Assembly (NCBI GenBank): GCA_964570065.1
Contig: CAZMVZ010000006.1
Location: 1-57,685, forward strand
Source: an uncultured Candidatus Poseidoniales archaeon
GTDB lineage: Archaea > Thermoplasmatota > Poseidoniia > Poseidoniales > Thalassarchaeaceae
Length of the DNA stretch: 57,685 nucleotides
Direction: 5' to 3'
Below the pieces are notes generated by a model. It did no database searches. It was not told where the DNA came from and worked only from the letters and a program-made list of their open reading frames with translations. A program made the translations under genes and the position numbers. Shown here piece after piece: positions 8,129 through 16,911 of this stretch. Numbering within the stretch: the first letter of the stretch is position 1; the number at the start of each line of letters is the position of its first letter.

Positions 8129-10945
8129 TTACCTAGCCTTGGACTCTTCAATCTGCCTGGCAAGGAAGCTGACCACGTCTAGTATCTCGAAGTCGTGTCG
8201 CGGGTCGCCCTCGAACTTCAGGCACTCGAAGTGAGCCACACACTTAGGGCAGGATGTCAGCATAATGTCGGCACCAGTGGCCCTGACTTCGTCGAACCTC
8301 TGGACTCTCAGTGCCCTGCTGTTCTCGTTGCATGACATCATGCTGGAAACCCCGCAGCAAAGTGCATCCTCACCGGTATGCTCCATCTCCACTAGGTTGA
8401 CTCCATCGACCGACCCAACCAGGTCACGCGGCTCGTCGTAGATGTTCATCTGCCTACCCAGACGACATGGGTCGTGGTAGGTCACGGTCACCTCGTCGCT
8501 GGTCTTCAACTCCATGTCGAAACCATTCTCGATTAGGAACTCGGTCGTGTGCATCACCTTCATGTCGTCTAGCTCGTAGTCCAGGGCGAATGTTCTGAAG
8601 CACTCTGCGCACGACGTGACTAGCGTCTCGATCCCGCTCTCGCCTAGCTTCTTCTGGTTGTAGCTCTTGAGCTTCTCGAAGACTTCTGTCATACCCTGCC
8701 ACTTTTGATCGTGCCCGCAGCACTTCAGGAAGTCCCTACCTAGGTATGTGACTTCCTCCCCCATCTCCTCGAAAATCGTGAACGCCGAAGTTGTCGCATC
8801 CCCTAGGTCCATGCTGCCCTTGTTGACATGGCTGAATACCATCTCTTGGTCGATGTAGTCGACGCATCCGGGGTAATATCCGATGCTGGAGTCGAGCGGG
8901 TAGTCATCCACTGGTATGAATGAGTCATCAGCATCCTCCTCTGCCTCCGCGGCAAGTACTGCCTGGAGGACCGTGTGGGGGATCTCTGTCGCCGGAGGCC
9001 CACCTACAACGAGGTTCCTCCTGATGTCGATATAGGAGTCGTAGTCAACGAGCTGTGGGCATGCGTTCGTACAGGCTGTGCAGGTCAAGCAGGAGTACAG
9101 TGGAACGCCGTCGTCTTCGTTGTTCCATGTGTTGTAGATGATGTTCAACTTGTCTCCTGCGTTGAACAGCCTGACTGGGCAAGCATCGTCGCAAAGGTCG
9201 CATCCATAGCACTTGTTCATCTCCCACTCGTAGCCTCGTGCCATGCTCCTAAGCATCACGAAGACTAGTGCACCCACTCCCAGGCATGGGATGAACATGG
9301 AGTAGATCAGTTTCGCATCCAAGCTCTTGGGATTCTTCTCGAAAGTCGGATTCGCTATTGACATCGTGGATAGCTGCTCGTCACTGAGGCTCACCTCGGA
9401 ACGGATTATCGCAGTTCCATCCTCGGCGAGGAGAAGCGGTTGGTAAGCAACCGCAGAGAAGTCGGAGATCATAGTGACGCTTTCGTTCACGCCTTCCGAC
9501 AGCGTCGTGAAAGTCACGGTGTATGAAACGCCAGAGTCCAGGTAAATCGAGCCCGAGTCACAGGTCGATCCTTCATTCATCCAGAGTGTCTCGCCGGCTT
9601 CATCGGTAAGCACAAGACTCTGTGAGTGCATCCCTGCTGCACGAACCGTGGTCCTGAAGTTGCATCCGACGTCCGTTGGCACACTCGCGACTCCCAAGTT
9701 TTCCACTTCAAATTGAATGGACTCAGAGATTTCGATTGGCGAGCCATCCTGGGGTCCTTGGTAAATTATCTCGTTAGCTCCTATGTTCCTAGAGGTTTGG
9801 ATATCCGCATGCCCATTGGCACCGCTGAAGTCCAGAATCTTTTCTCTTGTCGGCTGGAAAACTCCCCATTTCATCCAATGAGTTGCAGGTATTACGCACC
9901 ATTCGGCATGCTCAGTACCCTCTTCCATTGTGTCCCATATTGCTAGTGTGCTAGTCTGTTCGTAAGGTATGCATTCATCACCCCACTCTTCCCATACTGG
10001 GCCTCCCTCTGAATGAATCAGCGTATCTCCCGGCTGGCCTCTAATTCCATCCAATTCGACTAACTTTGCATCATACTGGTATTCCCAGAAACCCATCGTC
10101 CCCAGACCTCGCTGATTCCAAAAGCCGCCCTCGTACACGGGCCATGTCACTGTGCACAATAGGACGGTAGCGACCAGAGATCCTACTGCTACCTGTCGAC
10201 CCAGAATTGGAGTCAGCCTGGACCCCATGGGTCCGATCAGGAACTTCCTCACTGAGAAGTAAAGAACCGTGAAGATGAAGACGCCCGTGAGGATCCAAGG
10301 TATTGCATTGAAGACCTCCGCAGTCCAAGGCGCCTGAGTTCCGCAATTGAATCCGCCATGAGCGGTAGACCAACAATAGTCGGTCCGATTCTTCGAATAC
10401 ATCTCGAGAAAGATGTTGATCGAGAATACTGAGATGAACCAGACGTGCGCGAGATAAACCGCCCCAGCCGTAGCGAACCATGGGTCCTCCACCCCCCTTT
10501 TCTCCCTCTTTCCAATTATGAATGGTGGAAGTGCTAGGATTCCGACCGGCAGTCCCGTGATCATGGCTCCCCAGACACCAGCATTCCAGGAGACAATAGG
10601 TTGTCCGAAGAATTCACCTATTGGTCCGGCTGGTATGTCGAATTGGGGCAGGTACTCTCCCCACCTGAGATACCCGTAGGAGAACAAGACATACCAATCG
10701 GGGAAGACGAAACCAGCCTGAGCGTATGGATCAGCAGCATTGTGCAAGGGAGGGGGGATTATCCAAGAGTAGAATGCGATTACCATCACAATGGCTGCGA
10801 AGATAATGGTGTCCCTCAGGACCTCAGTGGGCCAGAAAGGATGTCCAGTGTGCTCCCTCTTCCGCTCTTCTTCCGCACCCAGCAATTGCTCCTTCTCACT
10901 GACGTAGGTATCCGCAATCCTCCCAAATCTCTCCATCATTCCCAT
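8129..10945 (-). CDS. cytochrome b6f subunit IV-like domain fused to an extracytoplasmic domain and an HdrC/HdrD-like Fe-S (CCG) oxidoreductase
   Basis: FWPTEV, ADPY...FPDWY (PEWY-like Qo motif); CYGCDLCDDACP and CLTCTACTNACP; YYPGC..CCG..SCAEC and YHDPC..CCG..SCPKC. Confidence 0.88.
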   Translation of the reverse strand: MGMMERFGRIADTYVSEKEQLLGAEEERKREHTGHPFWPTEVLRDTIIFAAIVMVIAFYSWIIPPPLHNAADPYAQAGFVFPDWYVLFSYGYLRWGEYLPQFDIPAGPIGEFFGQPIVSWNAGVWGAMITGLPVGILALPPFIIGKREKRGVEDPWFATAGAVYLAHVWFISVFSINIFLEMYSKNRTDYCWSTAHGGFNCGTQAPWTAEVFNAIPWILTGVFIFTVLYFSVRKFLIGPMGSRLTPILGRQVAVGSLVATVLLCTVTWPVYEGGFWNQRGLGTMGFWEYQYDAKLVELDGIRGQPGDTLIHSEGGPVWEEWGDECIPYEQTSTLAIWDTMEEGTEHAEWCVIPATHWMKWGVFQPTREKILDFSGANGHADIQTSRNIGANEIIYQGPQDGSPIEISESIQFEVENLGVASVPTDVGCNFRTTVRAAGMHSQSLVLTDEAGETLWMNEGSTCDSGSIYLDSGVSYTVTFTTLSEGVNESVTMISDFSAVAYQPLLLAEDGTAIIRSEVSLSDEQLSTMSIANPTFEKNPKSLDAKLIYSMFIPCLGVGALVFVMLRSMARGYEWEMNKCYGCDLCDDACPVRLFNAGDKLNIIYNTWNNEDDGVPLYSCLTCTACTNACPQLVDYDSYIDIRRNLVVGGPPATEIPHTVLQAVLAAEAEEDADDSFIPVDDYPLDSSIGYYPGCVDYIDQEMVFSHVNKGSMDLGDATTSAFTIFEEMGEEVTYLGRDFLKCCGHDQKWQGMTEVFEKLKSYNQKKLGESGIETLVTSCAECFRTFALDYELDDMKVMHTTEFLIENGFDMELKTSDEVTVTYHDPCRLGRQMNIYDEPRDLVGSVDGVNLVEMEHTGEDALCCGVSSMMSCNENSRALRVQRFDEVRATGADIMLTSCPKCVAHFECLKFEGDPRHDFEILDVVSFLARQIEESKAR

Positions 10946-10954
10946 TGAATCACC

Positions 10955-11827
10955 TCAGTGCGGCTCCGCAATTCCCTGAACCCAGACGATGAAAAGGTGC
11001 GCCAAGATTAGAACCGTAACTATTAGCGGCAGCACGAAAACATGGAGGAAATACATCCGAACAACAGTCTGCCCCGTGAGCGTAGTCCCCCCGAACATTG
11101 CATTCGCGACCCATTCTCCAACCAGGGGGGTCGCCATTGCCATGTTTATCCCAATAGTAGCCGCACCGAAAGCCAGACTGTCCCATGGCAGGAGATAACC
11201 CGAGTATCCGAAGAATATGGAGAAAAACATCAAAGCGACCCCGATTAACCAGTTGAGTTCTCTGGGGTTCCTGTAAGCTCCCGTGAAGTAGACTCTGCAC
11301 ATATGGAGGAAGACAGCAGCAACGAAGAAGTGCGTGCCCCAGTGGTGTATCGATCTGATGATGTAACCGAAAGGCAACTCCAACATGATGAATTCCATTG
11401 ATGCATAGGCAGGCGTCGGATCCGAATTTAGGTCACCCCCGGGAACGTAGTAGAAACCTAGAATCGTCCCGGTGATAACTAGGATTATGAACGCAATGAA
11501 TGATATCCCCCCCAAGCAGTATAGGGGGTACCAGTACCAGATTATTCTGAGTTTATACTTCTCGGCATGGGTCAGTGGCATCTGCCTGTGCATGCTGTAG
11601 TAGGAGTCCCTGCTCATTCCCCAATAGTCTTGGATTCTGAATCTGGTGTCTAACCAGGAGAAGGTCCAGAGGAACAATTTCTCGGCAAGTCCCATGCTTC
11701 CGGCATTCGTCTCCACTGCTCTGAGAATGTCCTTTCGCGGAACGTCGTCACGCTCCCTCCTAAGTGTGAAGGCGACGATAACAACGACGACAGCGATAAA
11801 AATCCACAAGAACCAGAATTGTATCAT
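10955..11827 (-). CDS. petB: cytochrome b6-like (short, split cytochrome b)
   Basis: YCLGG; RSIHHW...FLHMCRVY; YRNPRELNW; GYLLPWD; LHVFVLP...LAH. Confidence 0.93.
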   Translation of the reverse strand: MIQFWFLWIFIAVVVVIVAFTLRRERDDVPRKDILRAVETNAGSMGLAEKLFLWTFSWLDTRFRIQDYWGMSRDSYYSMHRQMPLTHAEKYKLRIIWYWYPLYCLGGISFIAFIILVITGTILGFYYVPGGDLNSDPTPAYASMEFIMLELPFGYIIRSIHHWGTHFFVAAVFLHMCRVYFTGAYRNPRELNWLIGVALMFFSIFFGYSGYLLPWDSLAFGAATIGINMAMATPLVGEWVANAMFGGTTLTGQTVVRMYFLHVFVLPLIVTVLILAHLFIVWVQGIAEPH

Positions 11828-11835
11828 AATCTCAC

Positions 11836-12684
11836 CTAACCGCAGAATGTGTACCAGTCCATGAAGTCTGGAAGCGCCTCGATTGTTCCCCCGTTAATCG
11901 TGAATGGAATCAATGGCATCCCATACGGGGCAGGACCACCAGTCTTCTTCACTCCTATGAAATCGAACTCTTGCCCATTTGACCGATTTCTCGCCGTGTT
12001 CTTTTCTATGACAGTGTGGTCGTACCTGCTAGAGTGGCAAATGCAGAATGACTTGTTCCCACTTGTGTCTGTACCGCCCGGCAACCAACTGTCTGCAGTG
12101 AAGTCATTGCTGACTAGTTGCCATCCGGGGATACAACAGAGGTGTGGGCATCTTGCAAAAACGATAATCATGTTATCATGGATATTCAGGGCTGCATACT
12201 CTTCCTTTTCCTCGATCTCGAAACCTGATCCAACATAAGCCCCACCAGATGTGTATCCATCCATAAACTGGAATCGTGGAGTATCAGCTTCCAATGGTCT
12301 GTTTTTATTTTCTTCATGAGGGACGTAGGTTGCAATGATTGGCAACCCAGACCAAAGCCCGGCAGCCCCTACCATTCCAGTTGTTGAATTAGCGGATTCG
12401 TCAATGAAAGCTTGCATGGTCATGGGTTGTTTGTCCAAGTTGCCGTACCAAACATCGGATCCCTTTGGAACGTAGAATTTGATAGCCGAGTCTGAACTGC
12501 TCCCTTCTTCCTGTCCCATTAGGAACGAGGCAAAACCTACACTACCCAATGATGCTGTTGTGATTAGTCCAGCAGCCGTGTTGAAAGACAGCCTCATGAA
12601 TTCCCTTCTGTCGATGGCACCACTCTTCTCATGGAAATTCTGACTTTGCGAGTCAATCTGGCGTAATTTGAATCTCCTTGCCAT
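11836..12684 (-). CDS. petC: Rieske [2Fe-2S] protein with Tat signal
   Basis: DRREFM twin-arginine motif plus TM helix; CPHLCC and CICHSSRY boxes; GPAPYGMP; start reassigned to MARRFK. Confidence 0.88.
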   Translation of the reverse strand: MARRFKLRQIDSQSQNFHEKSGAIDRREFMRLSFNTAAGLITTASLGSVGFASFLMGQEEGSSSDSAIKFYVPKGSDVWYGNLDKQPMTMQAFIDESANSTTGMVGAAGLWSGLPIIATYVPHEENKNRPLEADTPRFQFMDGYTSGGAYVGSGFEIEEKEEYAALNIHDNMIIVFARCPHLCCIPGWQLVSNDFTADSWLPGGTDTSGNKSFCICHSSRYDHTVIEKNTARNRSNGQEFDFIGVKKTGGPAPYGMPLIPFTINGGTIEALPDFMDWYTFCG

Positions 12685-12686
12685 AT

Positions 12687-13136
12687 TCAGACCTCGTATT
12701 TCTTCCAAGAATTAGTGTCATGGCTAGTGATGTACTTGTTCCTTCTGTGTTTTACAATCACCACATCGGGTAGTACGTACTTCAAGTACACTATGCCCAT
12801 GATAATGAGAGTTAGCATGGTCATTGCCAAATTGAATGAGAGCAACTGCTGGTCCCAGTGATTAAACAACCCGTAAGCCAGAGCACCTGCCCAATAGAGT
12901 GTCCACAGAATCCCCCACAGACCTACTAGGATGATTAGCCACGAGTCTCCGGATGGAGCCAGACTGGCTCGAACTATCGTTCCCGGTTTGACCTCGTTGA
13001 AGACCCCGTGATCAACGGCTGCAGCAAACGACTCTTCTGTCAGTGTGGCGTCTTCCAGAGCCACCCTGGCATCCTCGACGCTTACTTCTCCCGACTTCAC
13101 TTGTCGGAGGAGCTTCATCACTGTGTCGTCTTTCAT
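12687..13136 (-). CDS. 2-TM membrane protein in the Rieske/cyt b operon
   Basis: N-terminal LLRQVKSGEVSVEDA helix pair, two TM segments, tightly coupled to neighbouring genes. Confidence 0.75.
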   Translation of the reverse strand: MKDDTVMKLLRQVKSGEVSVEDARVALEDATLTEESFAAAVDHGVFNEVKPGTIVRASLAPSGDSWLIILVGLWGILWTLYWAGALAYGLFNHWDQQLLSFNLAMTMLTLIIMGIVYLKYVLPDVVIVKHRRNKYITSHDTNSWKKYEV

Positions 13137-13954
13137 AGTTGGTCCCCTCTCCTTAGATGCTTTATTCTTAGCCTCAGTAGGTTACTCCTGCCCTCGTAAT
13201 GTCTGGAGAAACCGTATCTTAGGAAAAGTCCACAGAATAGTATTACCAGCATCACCGCACCGAATCCAAGAAGTCCTAGCCAGTGAGCCAAGAGCTTAGC
13301 CCCCATGTGGTGGAGGTCCGTGTGGTCCTCCGCCGGGGCCGGTGGGGTGATGTCTCCATTGCCCGAGAAGACAGTCCTCGTTCTCCCATCGTCATTGCCC
13401 TCGTCAAAACTAGTCGTTAGGCGATTCCATCGATCTAGGCTGGATGGCGCCATGTCCCCATTTACCGAATTGCCCGCAACCATGAAATTCACTGTTCCAG
13501 AACCCTCTGCGGGACTAATCCAACTGAACGTCCATGATCTGTCAGAGGTACTTGAGCCGGCATCTGTGTGAGTGAGCGTGGCAGGGTCATCTTCCCAGTT
13601 CTGGACCAGTTCTTCGAATCCTTCTGAAGGTCCCAGTGAACCGATGCTAACTCTCATTGAGAATCCCCCTGTGTAGGATTCCAGATTGGCCTCAGGGCCA
13701 CCGATAAGTTGTAATTTCATCTCATAGGTGGTTTCGGGTGAATAGTGGAAAGGGACACCATCAAGAATTACGGTTACAGAATTGTCCGGCTCTTCAGAAT
13801 GGCAAGTGCAACCAGCAAGAGCCACATCCCCCTGTCCATTTGCGTTACCGCCAACTCCTGTGTGCAACGCCTCACCAGAGCCAGCAACAAAAACCGTGAT
13901 TAGAATAAGGACCAGTGTTTTTTGTCGAGATGCCATATTTTGTTCACCTAGCAT
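13133..13954 (-). CDS. exported Reeler-like (choice-of-anchor V-like) domain protein with C-terminal TM anchor
   Basis: Signal peptide, GCTCH, WTFSWISP..GTVNFMVAGNSVNGD, C-terminal TM. Confidence 0.7.
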   Translation of the reverse strand: MLGEQNMASRQKTLVLILITVFVAGSGEALHTGVGGNANGQGDVALAGCTCHSEEPDNSVTVILDGVPFHYSPETTYEMKLQLIGGPEANLESYTGGFSMRVSIGSLGPSEGFEELVQNWEDDPATLTHTDAGSSTSDRSWTFSWISPAEGSGTVNFMVAGNSVNGDMAPSSLDRWNRLTTSFDEGNDDGRTRTVFSGNGDITPPAPAEDHTDLHHMGAKLLAHWLGLLGFGAVMLVILFCGLFLRYGFSRHYEGRSNLLRLRIKHLRRGDQL

Positions 13955-14071
13955 CTGCTAATACTACGGTCGAAAAAAAAGGGGAATATTAACGTTCCAC
14001 TACGGCCCCTACGGGGCCGAACAAAATAGCCACGCGAAAAGAACCAAACACTCCCGTTCTAGACGAGTGCC

Positions 14072-14377
14072 ATGGGAGCCCCGCGGTGGAAGAACATATA
14101 CGATCTCAGCTCAGAACAAATAGAAAAATTGGAGGAAGCCGAGGACAAAATGGAATCTATGGAGATTAACGATTCCGAGGAAATTCTCTTGGGCCTGCTG
14201 GAAGAGGATAACAATTGCATTCCCGTATTGAATATTCTAGGCCACTTACATGGACGATATCTATCCGATTTCGAAGCATCAATCGAATACTACGACAGAG
14301 TCCTAGAACTTGAGCCAGATAACGCCTGGGCAAGAGACGAAAGGAGGAGATACAGGCGTTATGTAACCTATGACTAG
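14072..14377 (+). CDS. small TPR protein
   Basis: LNILGHL...ASIEYYDRVLELEPDNAWA. Confidence 0.8.
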   Translation: MGAPRWKNIYDLSSEQIEKLEEAEDKMESMEINDSEEILLGLLEEDNNCIPVLNILGHLHGRYLSDFEASIEYYDRVLELEPDNAWARDERRRYRRYVTYD

Positions 14378-14400
14378 AACAGAATAATCTAGTCAGTCGC

Positions 14401-15318
14401 ATGCGGGACCTCATGGAGCAGGGCTCAATTCTGATAGTTGGAGTCGGGGGGATTGGTTGCCAGTGGTCCGGTGGGGCCCACGACAAATGCCAACAGCTGG
14501 CTGATCTACTGATGGTAGATGCTGACGAATCCTCCTTTACATCAGATCACGAGGCTCATTGTTTGCACTTGGACGCTAGTGGCAGTGCGAGGGGCGCGGC
14601 TGCTCTCCCAAATCTGGCCGCTCATCGCCTCAATGAGGGAATCACAAACATCTCTGCGCTATTGGAGAAATCAGAATTAGTAATCCTTCTAACGGCATTA
14701 GGGGGTGGGACCGGTTCGGGCGCAACTGCAGAAATTGCTGCCAAATCGAGAGAGTCTGGAAGCTTGGTAATCAGCATCGTCGGCATCCCATTTGCAGAGC
14801 AACCACTTAGATGCGCAATAGCGGAGAAAGCACTCCCTCCTATAGAGAGAAATTCTGATTTATGCATTCGAGTTAGTCTCGAGAGGCTTGCTTGGCAGGC
14901 CAGGCATAGGAACTCAGACTGGAAGCTAGGCTCAGAATGGATTGGCGAGTTGATTGAGGGACTAGTCACAACTCTAGCGAGAGTTGGCAAGATGAACCTG
15001 GATCTGATGGATCTACGGACAGTAGTTGGGAGGCCGGGAAATGCCACGCTTATCGTTGGAAACGGCACTACCGATGACCCCGACGGGGTCGTCAGAATGG
15101 CACGTAACTCTCCGCTGTCCGAGATCCCGGCCGACGGCGCCAAGGGCTGCCTCATCCAGGTCGAAGGCGGTCCCGACATGACTCTGGGACATCTCAATAT
15201 GGTCTCGGAGGCATTCGTCTCAACTCTAGATAATGACTGCCAGGTAATTCTTGGTGCCAGAGCTAGTGAGGATATGGCCGGAAGGCTCCGACTCGTTGCT
15301 GTAGTAAGTGGCCTCTAG
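14401..15318 (+). CDS. divergent FtsZ/tubulin-family GTPase
   Basis: VGVGGIG, LGGGTGSGA, IPFAEQ, T7-like MNLDLMDL, GCLIQVEGGPDMTL, VILGAR, VVSGL. Confidence 0.85.
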   Translation: MRDLMEQGSILIVGVGGIGCQWSGGAHDKCQQLADLLMVDADESSFTSDHEAHCLHLDASGSARGAAALPNLAAHRLNEGITNISALLEKSELVILLTALGGGTGSGATAEIAAKSRESGSLVISIVGIPFAEQPLRCAIAEKALPPIERNSDLCIRVSLERLAWQARHRNSDWKLGSEWIGELIEGLVTTLARVGKMNLDLMDLRTVVGRPGNATLIVGNGTTDDPDGVVRMARNSPLSEIPADGAKGCLIQVEGGPDMTLGHLNMVSEAFVSTLDNDCQVILGARASEDMAGRLRLVAVVSGL

Positions 15319-16565
15319 TCCAATAATTCGACTTCGTCGTCATCCATTATTGTTCGTTCTTGAGTTAATTTTTCTACTTCTGGTAAATGTTCCGAATCAC
15401 TCCCCTCTTCAGCTGGCTGCCGTTGATTGACAACTCCAATTTTCTCAATATTGGGCTGACCGATCCAAGAGATGCACATTGGCAAAATCCCCATCATCAC
15501 CAGTGCGGTAATAGAATGCCCAATTGCGGTTGTCGTAAGCAGACTCCCCTCGGATAGGGCAGTTAGTGACGAGATGCTTCCTGCATAGATGAACCCAAAA
15601 CCAATACCCCAGAAGACTGCTGATTGACCTTGAAAAATCCTCCAACCTCCCTTTTCCCCTCTTTTCGCCATCGACCACACAGCGAGAATTATCGAGATTG
15701 ACATTAGAACTGCTTCTTCTAGAAGCATCCCTCCAGAACTCTGCTCAGCAGCAACTGGACTTCTTCTCCATGCCCCTAGGAGGTGCCAACAAGTTGTAAT
15801 GAAGATGAAGAATAATGCCCTGTCTAAGGCTACTCCGTCAACTCCATCTCTATCTCTTACACTCTTGGTGTAACGATCTAATAAAACTCCTATTAAAGCA
15901 ATAATTATGAGGAAAAGTATCCAATAAGTATTCTCAGTATTACTGGCGTTACTGGGATAATCTGCACCGTAACCAAACCACCATACTAAGGGGACGAAGA
16001 TAATTACAGCGACTAATGACCTAACGAATGAAAAAACTCCTCCAATTCTACTTTTTCGAGGGGACCGCTGAACTTTCCTTGCATAAACAACCCAGCCATA
16101 AGCCAACGAAACGCCTTGAAAAACAGACATCCCGATAAATAATAAAGCTAGAAATACCCTCGCATTGCTTAGTTGCCCTTCAACAAATAAAAGGTTTGAG
16201 ATCAGCCAGAATGTCCCTGCCAATGCAATAATTGGTAGCAATCGGGAAAATCCAACAAACCAATAATTCCTGTTTAGAATCCCATCATCACCATGCTGAA
16301 CTGTAAAAATCCATTTGCCTATTCTGCTTGGCGAAATCAATGCAGCAAAGAAGTATGAAATGGATAGAGAAAGAAAAATGATGCTACCTTGAATCTCGGA
16401 ACCAAATAAGTCTATTTTCATTGCAACGTATAGGAAACCAGAAAATGCCCCCAATGAAACCAAGTGCGGCAGAGTGGAGGGACTCGAGAAAACTTTGAGC
16501 AAACTGCCCGATTCAGAAGCGTCATTGACACCAACCGCGCCCATAACCCTCCGTAAACCCACCAT
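15315..16565 (-). CDS. polytopic membrane protein of unknown function
   Basis: About 10-11 TM helices and an acidic C-terminal tail. Confidence 0.75.
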   Translation of the reverse strand: MVGLRRVMGAVGVNDASESGSLLKVFSSPSTLPHLVSLGAFSGFLYVAMKIDLFGSEIQGSIIFLSLSISYFFAALISPSRIGKWIFTVQHGDDGILNRNYWFVGFSRLLPIIALAGTFWLISNLLFVEGQLSNARVFLALLFIGMSVFQGVSLAYGWVVYARKVQRSPRKSRIGGVFSFVRSLVAVIIFVPLVWWFGYGADYPSNASNTENTYWILFLIIIALIGVLLDRYTKSVRDRDGVDGVALDRALFFIFITTCWHLLGAWRRSPVAAEQSSGGMLLEEAVLMSISIILAVWSMAKRGEKGGWRIFQGQSAVFWGIGFGFIYAGSISSLTALSEGSLLTTTAIGHSITALVMMGILPMCISWIGQPNIEKIGVVNQRQPAEEGSDSEHLPEVEKLTQERTIMDDDEVELLD

Positions 16566-16593
16566 TGGTTAAGGTAAACCCCTTCGGAACAGC

Positions 16594-16911
16594 ATGCCGA
16601 AGCCGAAAAAGGCCGCTAGGGGAAAACACCGATGGATTGGTTTTAGGATTGATCATACTTATACTAGAGAAGAATTGAAAAGCTCACTGAAAGTCAATCT
16701 TAAGGGTAATGAATGGCGATTATTCGATATTCTAGAGACTCAGGAAAGCACTCTTGCGATTCTCAAAACACCCTTAGATAACTTCCAACAAATTACTCAA
16801 CAAATAAATAATTCAAAGGGTATGGAGACTCTAACCAGTTCCGGGAAGATAAGATTGGTCAGGAAGCGTCTAAACGCAACTCTTGGGGATGATCCACTCA
16901 ATACCGTCTAA
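16594..16911 (+). CDS. RNase P protein component Pop5/Rpp14-like
   Basis: RGKHRWIGF N-terminus and TLTSSGKIRLVRKRL C-terminus. Confidence 0.65.
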   Translation: MPKPKKAARGKHRWIGFRIDHTYTREELKSSLKVNLKGNEWRLFDILETQESTLAILKTPLDNFQQITQQINNSKGMETLTSSGKIRLVRKRLNATLGDDPLNTV

